A stretch of DNA of 63,666 nt from Octopus bimaculoides (GCF_001194135.2 NC_068981.1:152772627-152836292), one strand, 5' to 3'. Positions 1 to 12,215 are shown, counted from the first letter of the stretch. The notes: generated by a model not told the origin, from the sequence alone. Translations and numbers: made by a program.

Positions 1-31
1 TATATATATATATATATGCATATATATATAT

Positions 32-67
<36 letters not shown>

Positions 68-110
68 ATGTATGTGTGTATTTATGTATGTGTGTATGCA
101 TGTATGTATT
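1..110. repeat. (TA)n/(TG)n compound microsatellite
   Basis: Direct reading; explains ORFs 16..213 and 36..239. Confidence 0.95.
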
Positions 111-3068
111 ACGGGCCACTTATTCGGTTGCACCGTCGTTAATCCGATACTGGAAAGCACTTTATGGTACCACTTTTACCTTGGCCTCCAACGCCTATGC
201 TTATTTTTCCTAATGGCTTATCCAGCTTCCGGCGTGTAAATTAAAACAGGTGGAAAACCTAAACTAAATACTTTCAAAGCACCTATTCACTAGAATCTAA
301 TGTGGTTGTCATGTAATTATATCAAAATGTTTTTACCTTTTCATCCTGAAAATATATAATTATTCTTTGTTTACAATTTTAATTACTCTGAAAATAAAGC
401 TAAATTTTATCATGTGCTGATATTAAATTAAAGAAAATATATGTTCTTTGTTGATTCGATTAAATTTTCTAATTATTCCAAAATTAGCTTGCTGAACATT
501 ATTACATTTCAATCTCCACAGTATATTAAACGATTCCAAAAGTTCATTCGCATTGTTAATTACATCGAATTCCTTTTTAATGATATTCAGTGATTTCTTT
601 GTTTATCTATTCTTTTATCAATTTATCTGGTTGATTTAACAGTCAATCTTATGAACGTTGCATACATTAAAGCAGCCACACCTCCAAGAACTATGTATAA
701 ATATCCAAGGAAATAGAATCGAGCGTCATAATTAGCAACCAACGGCTGAATATACCAAGTCTCCTGTCTTTATAGAAGGTAAACTACTTTTTATTGCTTT
801 TAAACTTCTTTGTAATTCTTTGGTTGGAACTACTCTCAAGAATGTTATCTTAATGTAAGGATTCAAAGAAAAATGGGAAAATGTTTCACATAGTTATTTC
901 CAGGCACATGCGAGGACTTGAGTTCTGTATTGCCCCATAACAAAATGGCATATATTTAAAACTAGATTTGCATAAATATTTTTGCTATTTATCTTCAGGA
1001 ATACGACACAACATTGTTAGTTGGATATATATTTATCAATCTAAAGTCTGTCAGCCTTCATAATGATCATTTTTGACGCTATATTGGTGTACATCAATGA
1101 ACATCAATATTAAAATTATTTTGTCACTGATCTAGTAATACAGAGTAAGCTACGATCTGTTGATGAGATCTAATAACACAAATGTATTCAGAGTTGTCTG
1201 TAATTGCTGAAGATCAGAATAATCCAGTAATAACCACTGAACTATTTTTTTGTCTTTCTTCACTGTGTGAATTTTATCAATTAACTAGCTTTAGCTTTTT
1301 TCCTCCTTACTACTTCATGCGTGATATGTGTATCTGCTCCATTAACTGACACTGTTGTATTTCTCAACATGTTTCGTTTAGCTATTTACGAATTTAAGAT
1401 TATCATGTAACTGAAAATAATCAGTTACATTATAATCCCTAGCTATAAAATATAGGATGGGTATGGACATGTGATACTTAGACTATGATGTATAGGCTAA
1501 TTTCCTTAGTAGGTATATTTTCCGAGTCATAGAAAGTATAATAGTTGCACAATTTAAAAGGCATCTATGTAAAACATTGTTAGCTTACTGAGCAATTAGT
1601 TGGAAGTAAGCTGTTCATTGTTGCTGTTTCTGTTTATCTGCATGTCAGCCATGCTGGGAAGCATTCTACCTATGACCACACCGTCTATTTTTGATGAGGC
1701 TGAGACGAAATGTACTTCGGACTACATGATCTAATGTGTACTTCCTCTTTTAAGAGAAAGATTTTTTTAGACATCAAGCAATCACAAAGAAGCTTCTTTG
1801 TTGGTTTAAGTTAAAATAGTTATCAAAAATAGCATTCATAATGTGATGAACAGAATAAATACCAGCTGTAGTCTTTAAGATACAACAAAGACCTATATTT
1901 AAAAGGAAACTACTCGATCTACTGAAATTTATGATTTTGAATAGTTGTTTGAATTTTAAGACGGAAATTTTAGAAGTTTCTTTTTCTTTTACAAAAGTGT
2001 TCTTTGTGATTGAAGTCATCACTCTAATGATTTAAATCGATAATATGATACTTAACTAAATATGTCAATTAAATATGTTAATTACTAAGTGGTTGATATT
2101 TAGAAGTTGATATTTCTACAGATCAGGATGAGGAGTTGTCAAACTATTGTTGATGTTTCTTATTTGTTTCAAATTCTAACATAATAATAACTCACCTATA
2201 AACATTCAGTTAATCAGTCTCCTAAATAACGGTTAATGTCGAAAGCTGGATATTGTAAAATAAAGTAATGTAATCCGCATATACCATTGTAAGCCAACGA
2301 AGGAACTTCACAATCATTCTACCTGCTAGAAATAAAAGCCAAATTTCACTCATATCAAACTAAATCGTTTTAAAAGAAGTACACACTGGATAATGGAGTT
2401 CTAGATATTCTGAAAAGTACAGGATGGTCCTAGCGGGAACGTTTTTGATTACAAAATTTCTCTGTAGATAAACGACAATAACAACAGCCGTCATGTGTAA
2501 TTTATGTCTCATATTTCAGTTTCATAAATTAGAGAATATATTATTTTATGATTTATTACATTTGTATAATGCAAAACATATCGCTGACTAGCCCAGAATA
2601 ATACTAAAACATGTCCATAATTGTCTCCCATATTTGCCGGGGGAATGAAAAATGATCTCTGCGTCGGTACTTAAATAACTCATTGGAAGCATTTTATTCA
2701 GTCTTCTGCAAAAATGTTAAATGTCAGTCTACCTTAACTTTAATGTTTCTGCTGAGTATTTAAAAAAAAAGAACTAAAATTATTGTTATTCTTTCTGTGA
2801 TGTTCAAGTTAACATCTAAAAGATTAGTATCTATTAAAAACCTTGGGATTGAAGCTTTTGAGAAATAAATTGAAATATTAGAAGCTACCTTGGCTTTCCC
2901 TTATTGTAATAAGTAGAAGTAATACTACTTTATTGTGAAAGTCATTTGATCAAAGAGATTAATTTCAACTTTCAGAAGTCAACAAAAACGGCTTTAATTT
3001 GAGATGGATACCTTTTTAAAAATCATTTTAGATACTAACGGGTCATAATTATTATTTATCACCAATAA

Positions 3069-3316
3069 GGCAGCGAGCTGGCAGAATCAATTATACACCG
3101 GACAAAATAGCGTGTTTACGCTCTAAGTTCAATTTCCGGCGGATATACAGGACAAAATGCTTAGTGTCTTTACGTCCTGAGTTCAAATTCCGCTGAGGTC
3201 GACTTTAACTTTCATCATTTTGGGGTCGATGAAATAAGCACCAAATATTGGGGTTGATGCAACTGATTTACTCACTTCCCCAAAAATATCAGGCCTTGTG
3301 CCTATAACAGAAAGGG
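3069..3316 (+). mobile_element. tRNA-derived SINE, family A in this report
   Basis: gcgagctggcagaatc head, gagttcaaattccgctgaggtcgacttt B-box region, ggggtcgat core and ggccttgtgcc end. The same sequence recurs about ten times in the window. The B-box segment is locally duplicated here. Confidence 0.85.
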
Positions 3317-3555
3317 TTATTTATGCCCAATGAAGAAATTCCAAAAATATTATGATAGTGATGAATTAGTATTATTATATTTCAGTTAAGCCTTGTTGAT
3401 TGCAACTTTTTCAAAGGAAAATGTTTTGCCTTTTCAGGAGATCTTCAGCGTGTTTAAGGTTTTGCTATATGATAGATACATTTACAATATTTTAAAACTT
3501 CCACTTTGTATTACTTATCCTTGATCTCTGTTTATCTAAATATATTTTTAAAAAT

Positions 3556-3571
3556 CCTCTTTCTTTTTCAG
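3556..3571 (+). promoter_or_regulatory. Putative splice acceptor of a 5'-UTR intron of the + strand reflectin
   Basis: cctctttctttttcag ends at 3571, 19 nt before the ATG at 3591. The paralogue has the same spacing. Confidence 0.7.
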
Positions 3572-3590
3572 CCTATAAAACATACCAACA

Positions 3591-4625
3591 ATGAACCGTT
3601 TTATGAACAGATTCCGTCCCCAATTTAACAGAAAATACAGAGGATTCATGGAACCAATGAACATGATGTCCATGGTCTTCCAAGGAAGATACATGGATTC
3701 TTATGGGAAAATGGTAGATCCCAAACTCTATGAATTTTATGGCAAATATTCTGACAATGACAGATACTATGGTAAATCTATGTACAACTATTACGGTTTC
3801 TATGATAACGATAGATTCCATAGAAATGGTAATTTTATGGACTTTCCAGAAAGGTTTATGGATATGTCCGGATATCAGATGGATATGAATGGAAAATGGA
3901 TGGATACGCAAGGACAAAACTCCCATCCCTACTGGAATATGTTCAGCTCTTCAAGACAAGGCTGCTACCCTGGTTACTCTTATGGTCGTAACTGGTTCTT
4001 TCCTGAGAGATTCATGGACATGTCTCACTACCAGATGGATATGAATGGCCGATACATGGACAAAAGTGGACGTCACTGCAACCCTTATTACAGCTACTAC
4101 AGGCGTTATATGTCTCATCCACAAATGAATTTCAATCAAATGCACTACCCTGAGAGATTCATGGATATGTCTAGCTACCAGATGGACATAGGTGGTCGTT
4201 ATATGGATAAGTGGGGCTGCCATATTAATCCATTCAGCACTTATTACTTCGGTAAGCAATCATATTTTCCTCATAACTATTGGAGCCAGAGAAAATACAT
4301 GGATATGTCTTCCTACCAGATGGATATGCAATATAATTCGATGGACATGAATAGCCGTAATTGTGACCAACTCCATTATTTCAGAAATTTCGATATGTGG
4401 AACAACCAGATGGATTTTGACGGACACTGGATGAATATGAACAACCAATCTTACCATCCTTCCAGTTTTATCAGGAATCAAGTTTACTACAACCCTTACC
4501 ACTTTTACACTTGGATGAGTAGATATTACAACCACCCTGAGAAATTTTATGATACATCCAACTATCAAGTGGAATTCGGAGGAAAATGGCCGTCACAAGA
4601 ATATGAATGTATAACACAAGAATAA
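3591..4625 (+). CDS. Reflectin (cephalopod structural-colour protein), 344 aa, uninterrupted coding region
   Basis: N-terminal reflectin motif MEPMNMMSMVFQGRYMDSYGKMVDP. Repeated motifs PERFMDMSGYQMDMNGKWMD, PERFMDMSHYQMDMNGRYMD and PERFMDMSSYQMDIGGRYMD, plus three degenerate ones. M/Y/D/R/G/N-rich, no Ala. Confidence 0.97.
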   Translation: MNRFMNRFRPQFNRKYRGFMEPMNMMSMVFQGRYMDSYGKMVDPKLYEFYGKYSDNDRYYGKSMYNYYGFYDNDRFHRNGNFMDFPERFMDMSGYQMDMNGKWMDTQGQNSHPYWNMFSSSRQGCYPGYSYGRNWFFPERFMDMSHYQMDMNGRYMDKSGRHCNPYYSYYRRYMSHPQMNFNQMHYPERFMDMSSYQMDIGGRYMDKWGCHINPFSTYYFGKQSYFPHNYWSQRKYMDMSSYQMDMQYNSMDMNSRNCDQLHYFRNFDMWNNQMDFDGHWMNMNNQSYHPSSFIRNQVYYNPYHFYTWMSRYYNHPEKFYDTSNYQVEFGGKWPSQEYECITQE

Positions 4626-4670
4626 TTATGATCATTCTCACAACTGGTTTTGAATTGAAATTATACTTTT

Positions 4671-4676
4671 AATAAA
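4671..4676 (+). promoter_or_regulatory. Candidate polyadenylation signal of the + strand reflectin
   Basis: AATAAA 45 nt after the stop; a second one at 4746-4751. AT-rich context makes chance matches possible. Confidence 0.45.
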
Positions 4677-5633
4677 CTCCTCTATGACAAATTGTTAATA
4701 GCTAAGATTTAGATTACACTTCAAATCCATTTTTTTAAGAGACTTAATAAAATGAAAAATTACATAACTAGTAAATAGAAATGATGCTAGAAAGATAGCA
4801 GGTTACAGATAACTTTATTTAATGCAACGCAATTTTGAATGATTATATCAGTAAACACCTCTTCTTTAAGAAGAAGAATAATTTCATTTGATTTGAGGGA
4901 CAACAAAGTGAAATTTCATCAAATTTCTTCAAGTGGATGAAACATCGCGTGACCAAGAAAACAAAAACTCTATATGATGGAATGTTGCTCGAACAAAAAC
5001 GCCAACAAAGAAGACCAAAGGTTTATAAAAGTTTTTAAAAACGCAGAACTATCTATATGTTTAAAATTTTGCTGTTTGTAAACCAACCCCATTATTGCCT
5101 TTTAAATTATGTATTATCCACTTTTAAGCAATAAAAATATTTTGTTTCCATCACTTTAGTGCAGAGTTTTATGTTCACAACACCTAACATTTTCTAACAC
5201 GAAATAATCATTATAAAGTTTATAAATAATTGTTTCTAACCGGTGCAAGACCAGAAATTTGAGACAAGGGCTAGTCGATTAAATTGATGTCAGTGTTTGA
5301 GCCCGAAAAGATAAAAAGCTGATCACGTTTAAATTGTATATTATTGGAGTTACTCCAATCCATATGTCCTTCAGTTCTTAAGGGTCTAAAAAAAAAAATG
5401 AATACCGTCCCTCCGATAAAATAATAAAAATAATTTTAATTAGATACAAATCTACTTCTAAAATTTGAAGCCGACCTAAACAAGATATCCTTATCAATGT
5501 CTAGGCAAGTGGTTACTCTAGAGAGAGTGGCGATATTATTTTCTAAGGCTGATAACACAGGTATAAACGACAAGATTTGAATGCTGTTTCAAGCATACTT
5601 TATTCCCGACCCCTTAAAAATTACAGTAGACAG

Positions 5634-5795
5634 CAACAGGAGTGGCTGTGTGGTAAGTAGCTTGCTTACCAACCACATGGTTCCAGGTTCATTCCCATTG
5701 CGTGGCACCTTGGGCAAGTGTCTTCTACTGTAGCCTCGGGCCGACCAAAGCTTTGTGAGTGGATTTGGTAGACGGAAACTGAAAGAAGCCTGTCG

Positions 5796-5894
<99 letters not shown>

Positions 5895-6095
5895 TTGTGT
5901 GTCTGTGTTTGTCCCCCCAACATCGCTTGACAACCGATGGTGGTGTGTTTACATCCCCGTAACTTAGCGGTTCGGCAAAAAGAGACCGATGAAATAAGTA
6001 CTAGGCTTACAAAGAATAAGTCCTGGGGTCGATTTGCTCGACTAAAGGCGGTGCTCCAGCATGGCCCCAGTCAAATGACTGAAACAAGTAAAAGA
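5634..6095 (+). mobile_element. Full-length tRNA-derived SINE, family B, with an internal (TA)n(TG)n microsatellite
   Basis: A box tggctgtgtgg, B-box-like ggttcattccc, CORE-like gcaccttgggcaagtgtctt segment, internal microsatellite, and 3' tail ggcggtgctccagcatggcc..gactgaaacaagtaaaaga. Many copies in the window. Confidence 0.9.
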
Positions 6096-6619
6096 GTAAC
6101 ATTATATGAGAAGCTCTATATTAATTTATTTTACTAATGTTGGCAATAATTTCCCTTATTTATCAAAACCAACATTGTAAATTTCGACAGAATTCATGTA
6201 AGATACAACAAAAATTATTTAAAGATTTCAAATACAAGCTCCTCCCGATATCTTTCCACACAGTCCCCATTTACAGGATTTCCTTTATAAGGATTTGGTC
6301 GATCCTAAACTACTGTAGAAAGCACTTATCTAAGGAACTGCACGATGAAATTGAACCCAGAACTACATTGCAAAGTGAGTTTCTTTATCACACAGCCAGC
6401 GCCCTCTTCATGGGCGATTTTGGGAAATGTTTAAAAAGTTTAGTTGTGTTGACGTGAAATAAGACTATGTGGGTTATTTCTCGTTGCAACTACTTACTTT
6501 CCTTTTTAGGCAAGGTACTTATCTCCAAACAGAATCTACAAAAGAAGAAATAAAACACTATACAAAATAATATCACCAGCGACAACGACATCATCACATC
6601 CTTATCTTACTATAAGTTT

Positions 6620-7490
6620 CAAATGGTACAATATATCCACACTTTGATAAAGGTCTTTAGTGTTGACCAAGGAAACGAACTTACCAGATTTTTTTTAATC
6701 AACCAACAAAAGCCATATAAAGAAAACAAGAAATTCTTGATATCTCTAACACACCCATTCTCCTCTCTACGTTATGACACCTTTCAAAAGACCTTCCCAT
6801 TTCTTCCCAAAGCTTACGCACGGCTTCATATGCTGATGAAATTGTTGTCACATTATATTGCCATTCCTCAGACACAGTTCCAACCCCGCATCAAATACAC
6901 AGAAGCTAAGCTCCAAAGCAACTACTAGACCCATCATTTCTCTTATCAAAAAGATCAGATATAATCAACCGTCTCAATCAACAACACAAACATTATCATG
7001 CTCACAGAAGTCTAAAATACTGATTTTAAATTTGGACAGAAGGCCAGGAATTTGGGGGTAGGGGATATATCGATTACATCGACCCCAGTGTTCAACTGCC
7101 GCTTAATTTATCGACCCCAAAAGGATGAAAAGAAAAGTCGACCTCAGCGGAATTTGAACTCAGAATGTCGAAACGAACGAAATGCCGATAAGTATTTTGC
7201 CCGGTGTGCTAAAGATTCTGCCGGCTCACCGCCTTACAGAAGTCTAAACTATTAGTTGTTACATACAATTTCTTTAAAACACTATCCCTTCCACTCAGAC
7301 CAGCCAAGCATAAAGAAAATACTAACACGCAAGGAAATAGGTGCAGCGTTAATAGATTCAAACATTATATCAATAAATACAGAACTGCGACTAACACACA
7401 CCGATCAAGTTCATCTTACCCTCTCCCACTGTAACCATCACCAGAATCTAGAAATACTCAAAATAGACTGGACAGTGACGAAATAGACTG
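6620..7490 (+). mobile_element. Very old LINE reverse-transcriptase relic, interrupted by a SINE
   Basis: Degenerate RT-like motifs across frames: KVFSVDQ (cf. KAFDSVDH), FFLINQQ (cf. FLxNRQQ), SYADEIVV (cf. YADD). Many frameshifts. Confidence 0.45.
7017..7235 (-). mobile_element. SINE family A with a 13-bp target-site duplication
   Basis: Reverse complement of family A, flanked by acagaagtctaaa at 7004-7016 and 7236-7248. Confidence 0.9.
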
Positions 7491-8729
7491 GAGTAATAGA
7501 TTCCTCACTGTTTTGTGAAACGTGCAGTACGGCCCTCTACTAGGTAGGAGTATAGTATATCTAGAACAATAGATATGTTGATAATATCTAATTGTTTCCG
7601 CCGATTACCTTCACACTCTAGATCTGCTCAAGTAGACCTAATTGGAGCTGCAGAACAACAGCAAACGATCGAACTTAAAGATATTAGTATGAACTCTGGT
7701 AACGGCTGGAGACCTAGAAAAGATCCCCAAGCAGATGTTTAAAAAATGGGGAGGTGAAAGTTAGCATGGAGGCAGCAAAGAGGACTATGAGGAGGTAAGA
7801 GACCCAAATGCTGCAATTTTGGTAACAGTAACCATTTGAGAGCCTTCTGCCCTCTTGTGAAAGAGAATTAGGGGTCTCTCCTGCTCTCAACAGCTGCACC
7901 CCAAAGTGTTCAGATATGGCAGTGTGGCTTAAGAAATTAGCTCCACAACTTCATAGTTTCGGTTTCGATCTTATAACGAGACGACTTGGCCAAGTCACTT
8001 CCACCCTAACCTCAGAACGACCAAACACTTGTAAAATAAATTCCGATGGCGGAAGCGATATGAAAGCCCACAGAGAGATAGCGGTGGATTCAAATTTATC
8101 GCCTGGTTTAAATCCACTACCTGGTCCTTAGATATCTTCGTGGGTGGGGGAGTCTACTCTAATGCAAACATTAGGACCAGGTCTCCAATATGAGGATAAC
8201 TTCCTTCCTCCCATCATCTCTGTGACTCAGAAAAAACATCATGTATGATGTCCTTCGTCTGCTAAGTCATTAAAGTCTCAAAACCGACAATAAAAAAAGG
8301 TGCAATAGCAGGGGACTGTTTTTTTCCCCACATGCCTCAACGTTTTAGCTGGCTATCATTAACAAAAAGAAAACAGCGTTGACGTTTAGAAGGGAGCAGG
8401 AAGAGACATCATTGTCAGCGGTGGTAGCAATCTGTCAGGTTCTGTTGGCTGCCTAGAAGGGGAAAAATATAGAGTTTTACAGGAATTTTTCGGTGAGATC
8501 ATCATCACCACCAATCAGAAGACAACCACAAAAACAGCACCCGTCAGAAGACAACCACGGACAACATTACCACGGACAACAAGTTAAGCATGCGAAGTGA
8601 CAACAACAACACCAAATATAATAAGACTAAAAGCAAGAACAATAACCGTTTCTGTTATGGTTTTAAGGAAGGAGACTTTCCAGCTTTACCAATCCCATCT
8701 CACAGAAAAAAAAAAAAAAGACGTCGACG

Positions 8730-9180
8730 AGAATAATGATGATGGCGACGACGACGATGACGATGACGTTGACAACGACGAAGACGAGAACGGAAGCGGG
8801 GCAGAAAGAGCTAGCAACGATAGCTAAAATCACTGTTACAAATCACTATTACAAATGTTTCTATCGCAGTGGCACAAACTGGACAAGCCCTTTCTCTCAC
8901 CACTCCGTCAACGACCAACACCACTACAACCACTGCCGCCGCCGCTGCCGACGACGTTGCTGCTACCGNNNNNNNNNNNNNNNNNNNNNNNNNNNNNNNN
9001 NNNNNNNNNNNNNNNNNNNNNNNNNNNNNNNNNNNNNNNNNNNNNNNNNNNNNNNNNNNNNNNNNNNNNNNNNNNCCGTTGCCACCGCTGCCGTTGCCAC
9101 CGCTGCCACCGCTGCCGTTGCCGCCGCTGCTGCTACCACCGCTACCGTTGCCGTCATTACTACTACTACTACTACTACTA

Positions 9181-9233
<53 letters not shown>

Positions 9234-9234
9234 G

Positions 9235-9280
<46 letters not shown>

Positions 9281-9290
9281 CGAAAACAAT
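8730..9290. repeat. Trinucleotide repeat mosaic (GAC/GAT, CCG/CTG, (ACT)n) around an N gap
   Basis: Direct reading; source of the poly-T/Y/L/V ORFs. Confidence 0.9.
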
Positions 9291-10290
9291 ATTTTTCCTT
9301 CAACTTCCACCACAGCCAAAACTGCTGTATTGACTGTGGCCGTTGAAATCAACAGCAACAACACCAGCAAGAAAGCAAGAATTACACTGAAAGCACTACA
9401 AAAGGTCAGCTTCTTTGCAGGAGCTGCATAAATAATTAGACAAGTGTCTCTGGAGGAGAAACATGTCCTTGTGAGAAGTCGAGAAATACCAGAAGAAACA
9501 GTCAAGAGAACAGTAACATACTGTTAAGTAACATACGGTTAAGAGGCAGTGTGTAGGAAAAGGGCACATGTATTCAATCGGAAAAGTGTTTGAGAAGGAT
9601 ATGGAGTGACATATCTCGATCGAGTCAATATAGCAGCGTTGAAGTAAGACTTCTCACGTGAAATAAACATCAGAGATGCATTTACCCACGCAGAAACTGT
9701 AGGATCTGCACGGAGGTTTTGCGAGCTCTTCTAATCCATTGCAATGTTGTAAACCCTTTCGTATCGTCAGCAGGTATTTCAGGGTCACAAACGTCTCGAC
9801 CGTAGCCTGTGCACTTCACCAGAGATGGGTAGCGGTGACTAAGCTAGTCTTCATCGACCATAGCCATCTTGAGCTAGTTTCAGCTGCCGTTCCTGACATA
9901 AAATGCTCTACTGACCTGCGTAGGAGTACGGATATTTCAAAATATTTCTACCCCCCCCCCCCCATACACACACACACACACACACACCACAGACAAACAA
10001 AAGAACTCCCCTTATCCGTAAGTACATTAACGCAGGAGTACATCCATACACTCATTCATACTCGCCTCTTGTCTCTGGTACCTCGTCGTGCGTAGAGAGC
10101 AAGACGAAACCGTTCCGAGAGATTCTTCTTGCTGTGAAGAGAAAAAGTGAGGAAAAAAAACAAACGCTCAAGTTGAAAACCCGAAGATAAGACAGGAAAG
10201 CAGAAAATATTTCACATAACCATACCTCAACACAACCACCATTACTGCTTCAGCAAAAACTTCACAACAGGAAAAAAAAACAAAAAAAAA

Positions 10291-10602
10291 CTGGCACTCC
10301 GTCGGTAACGACGATGGGTGTTTCAGTTGATTTGATCAGCCGAACAGCCTGCACGTGAAATTAACATGTAAGCGGCTCCACAGACACGCATACTTTTAAC
10401 GTGGTTCTCAAAGAGATTCAGCACGGCATAGATTGTGACAAGGCAGACCCTTTGAATTACTGGCACATCTCACTTTTGGCAGCTGAGTTAACTGGAGCAA
10501 CGGGAAATAAAGTGTTTCGCTCAAGAATACAACGCGCCACCCGGAATCGAACTCACGACCTTACGATCGTGAGCCGAATACCTAACCACGAAGCCTCGCA
10601 CC
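10291..10602 (-). mobile_element. tRNA-derived SINE, family C
   Basis: The minus strand reads cgtggttaggtattcggctcacgatcgtaaggtcgtgagttcgattcc (A/B boxes), then ttgagcgaaacactttatttcccgttgctccagt. It matches 23517-23838. Confidence 0.85.
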
Positions 10603-10654
10603 TTACACTCGCAACGAGAACAACAACAGCAGCAGTTTTTAAAGCACAAGACTA

Positions 10655-10830
10655 GTAATTTTGAGAAGTTGGGGTAGTCGATTCCATCGACCCCAGTGTT
10701 TGACTGTACTTTATCTCATCTTCCCCGGGAGGACAAAAAACGAAATTGATTTCGGCAGTATTTGAACTCAGAACATGAAGTATCGATACAACAATTTTTC
10801 CAACGCTGTAAAGATTCTGTTAACCCACCA
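10655..10830 (-). mobile_element. SINE family A, degenerate
   Basis: catcgaccccagtg...atttgaactcagaac pattern. Confidence 0.75.
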
Positions 10831-11859
10831 CACTGAAGTTCGTATTTTATACTTAAAAAACTATGATTACGAACTTCAGAGAATCTGTAATTTCTGTGAA
10901 GCAATTATCATTCCAATTGTAATAGGAATCACTACAACGTTGCCAAGTCAAGGACATCCATAAACAAACAACTGTTCCTCACTCCACTACATGAATAAAA
11001 CTTAATCCCAAAATCTGCTGCTATTCCCTAAGCTAGGATTATGTATCCCAACATTATGAGATACCCTGTAAATAGCAATTTTTGTGGGTGGCACGAATAA
11101 CCCTGTTTTTGAGCAGTAAATTGTCACGATTGCATTACAATACTTCTTAGTAAATTTCTCTATTACTATGCAAGCAATTGTAATCCAATATTTTACAGAA
11201 GGTATTGCTACCTATTTTACAGTGCTCTTTAATGGCGCAAGCAATTTTATGTGAAGCCAAAGCAATTTTCAAGTAAGTCTTCATTGTTTAAAATGTCTTG
11301 GAAATGACAGTTCGAACATGCTGAGAAAGTTAATAAATGTCGAGAGAGTGTTCGACAATGCTTGAGAATCTCCCTAAAATTGAATATTAAACAGAGCTAT
11401 CACAGAACGTTCAGAGATACTAATAAATTGTTGGTTATGGAAAGTTATTATTTTTTTTCTAATCTACTGTATTTGAGCTCGACATATTTACATGTTGTTT
11501 GCTGGTTGCAGTGTGACATGTTTCTGGTAAGTCGGCTGCTAGAGCAGCTTAGTTACTGTGCACCTCAGTAAGGTCTTTCTGTTTCGACTGCTGAACTGAA
11601 ACTGCGTGCAAAATCGCTTTCCAAAAACTTCACTTTATGCATGTCACTTTGGTTACAGACTGAAACCAGACACGACACATGGAAAGCCGCCATTGAACCC
11701 GAATAACATAACCAATCGTTTCACTTTGCGCAGTTCTTGTTTTTCTGTGCATGTTAATAACCATTTTGCATTTAATAACTTCTTGATCTTAATTCTTTTA
11801 CTTTTTATTGTTTACTTGTTTCAATTTCTGGAGTGCGGACAGGATGGATCAATGCCGTC

Positions 11860-12215
11860 ACGGTTTTAGTCGAACAATCGACTTCAGTATTTATATTTTT
11901 GAAGTCTGGTACTTATTATATCGGTCTGTTTTGTTGAATCGCTGAATACGGGGAAGTAAACAAGTCATCACCGGTCGTCGGGTGGTGGTGGTGGTAGGGA
12001 CACACAAAAGACAAAGACATACTCTTACGTACATGTATACGACGGGCTTCGACAGTTTATGCCAACCAAATTCTTTCACAGGTATTGGTCGGCCTGGGGC
12101 TATTGTAGAAGAATAGTAGAAAATCTGCCGCACAGTAGAGCTGAACCCGAAACCACGGGGCTGCAAAGTGAGCTTCTTAACTACATAACCATGATGTTTG
12201 TTACTTAGATGGAGA
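11860..12215 (-). mobile_element. SINE family B, degenerate
   Basis: gagcttcttaactacataaccatg head, ggcctggggctattgtagaaga body and tail remnant at 11860-11890. Confidence 0.65.

Noticed and set aside
1774-2022. 82-aa minus-strand ORF with a short hydrophobic stretch
   Set aside because: No recognisable motif or splice signals; this length is expected by chance.
3573-3580. TATAAAA just before the first reflectin ATG as a TATA box
   Set aside because: It is only about 10 nt from the ATG, downstream of the acceptor AG, and absent from the paralogue.
3573-4568. Antisense ORFs 3573..3926, 3951..4259 and 4260..4568
   Set aside because: Shadow frames of the repetitive reflectin codons (I/H/V-rich); no independent signals.
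3400-4800. Traces of a bacterial or transposon origin of reflectin (TIRs, TSDs) around either gene
   Set aside because: No TIRs, TSDs or bacterial-like sequence flank either CDS; the flanks look like ordinary intron and UTR. The window neither supports nor tests the horizontal-transfer hypothesis.
8736-9505. Poly-T/Y/L/V ORFs that look mucin-like
   Set aside because: Trinucleotide arrays spanning an N gap, open in several frames on both strands.
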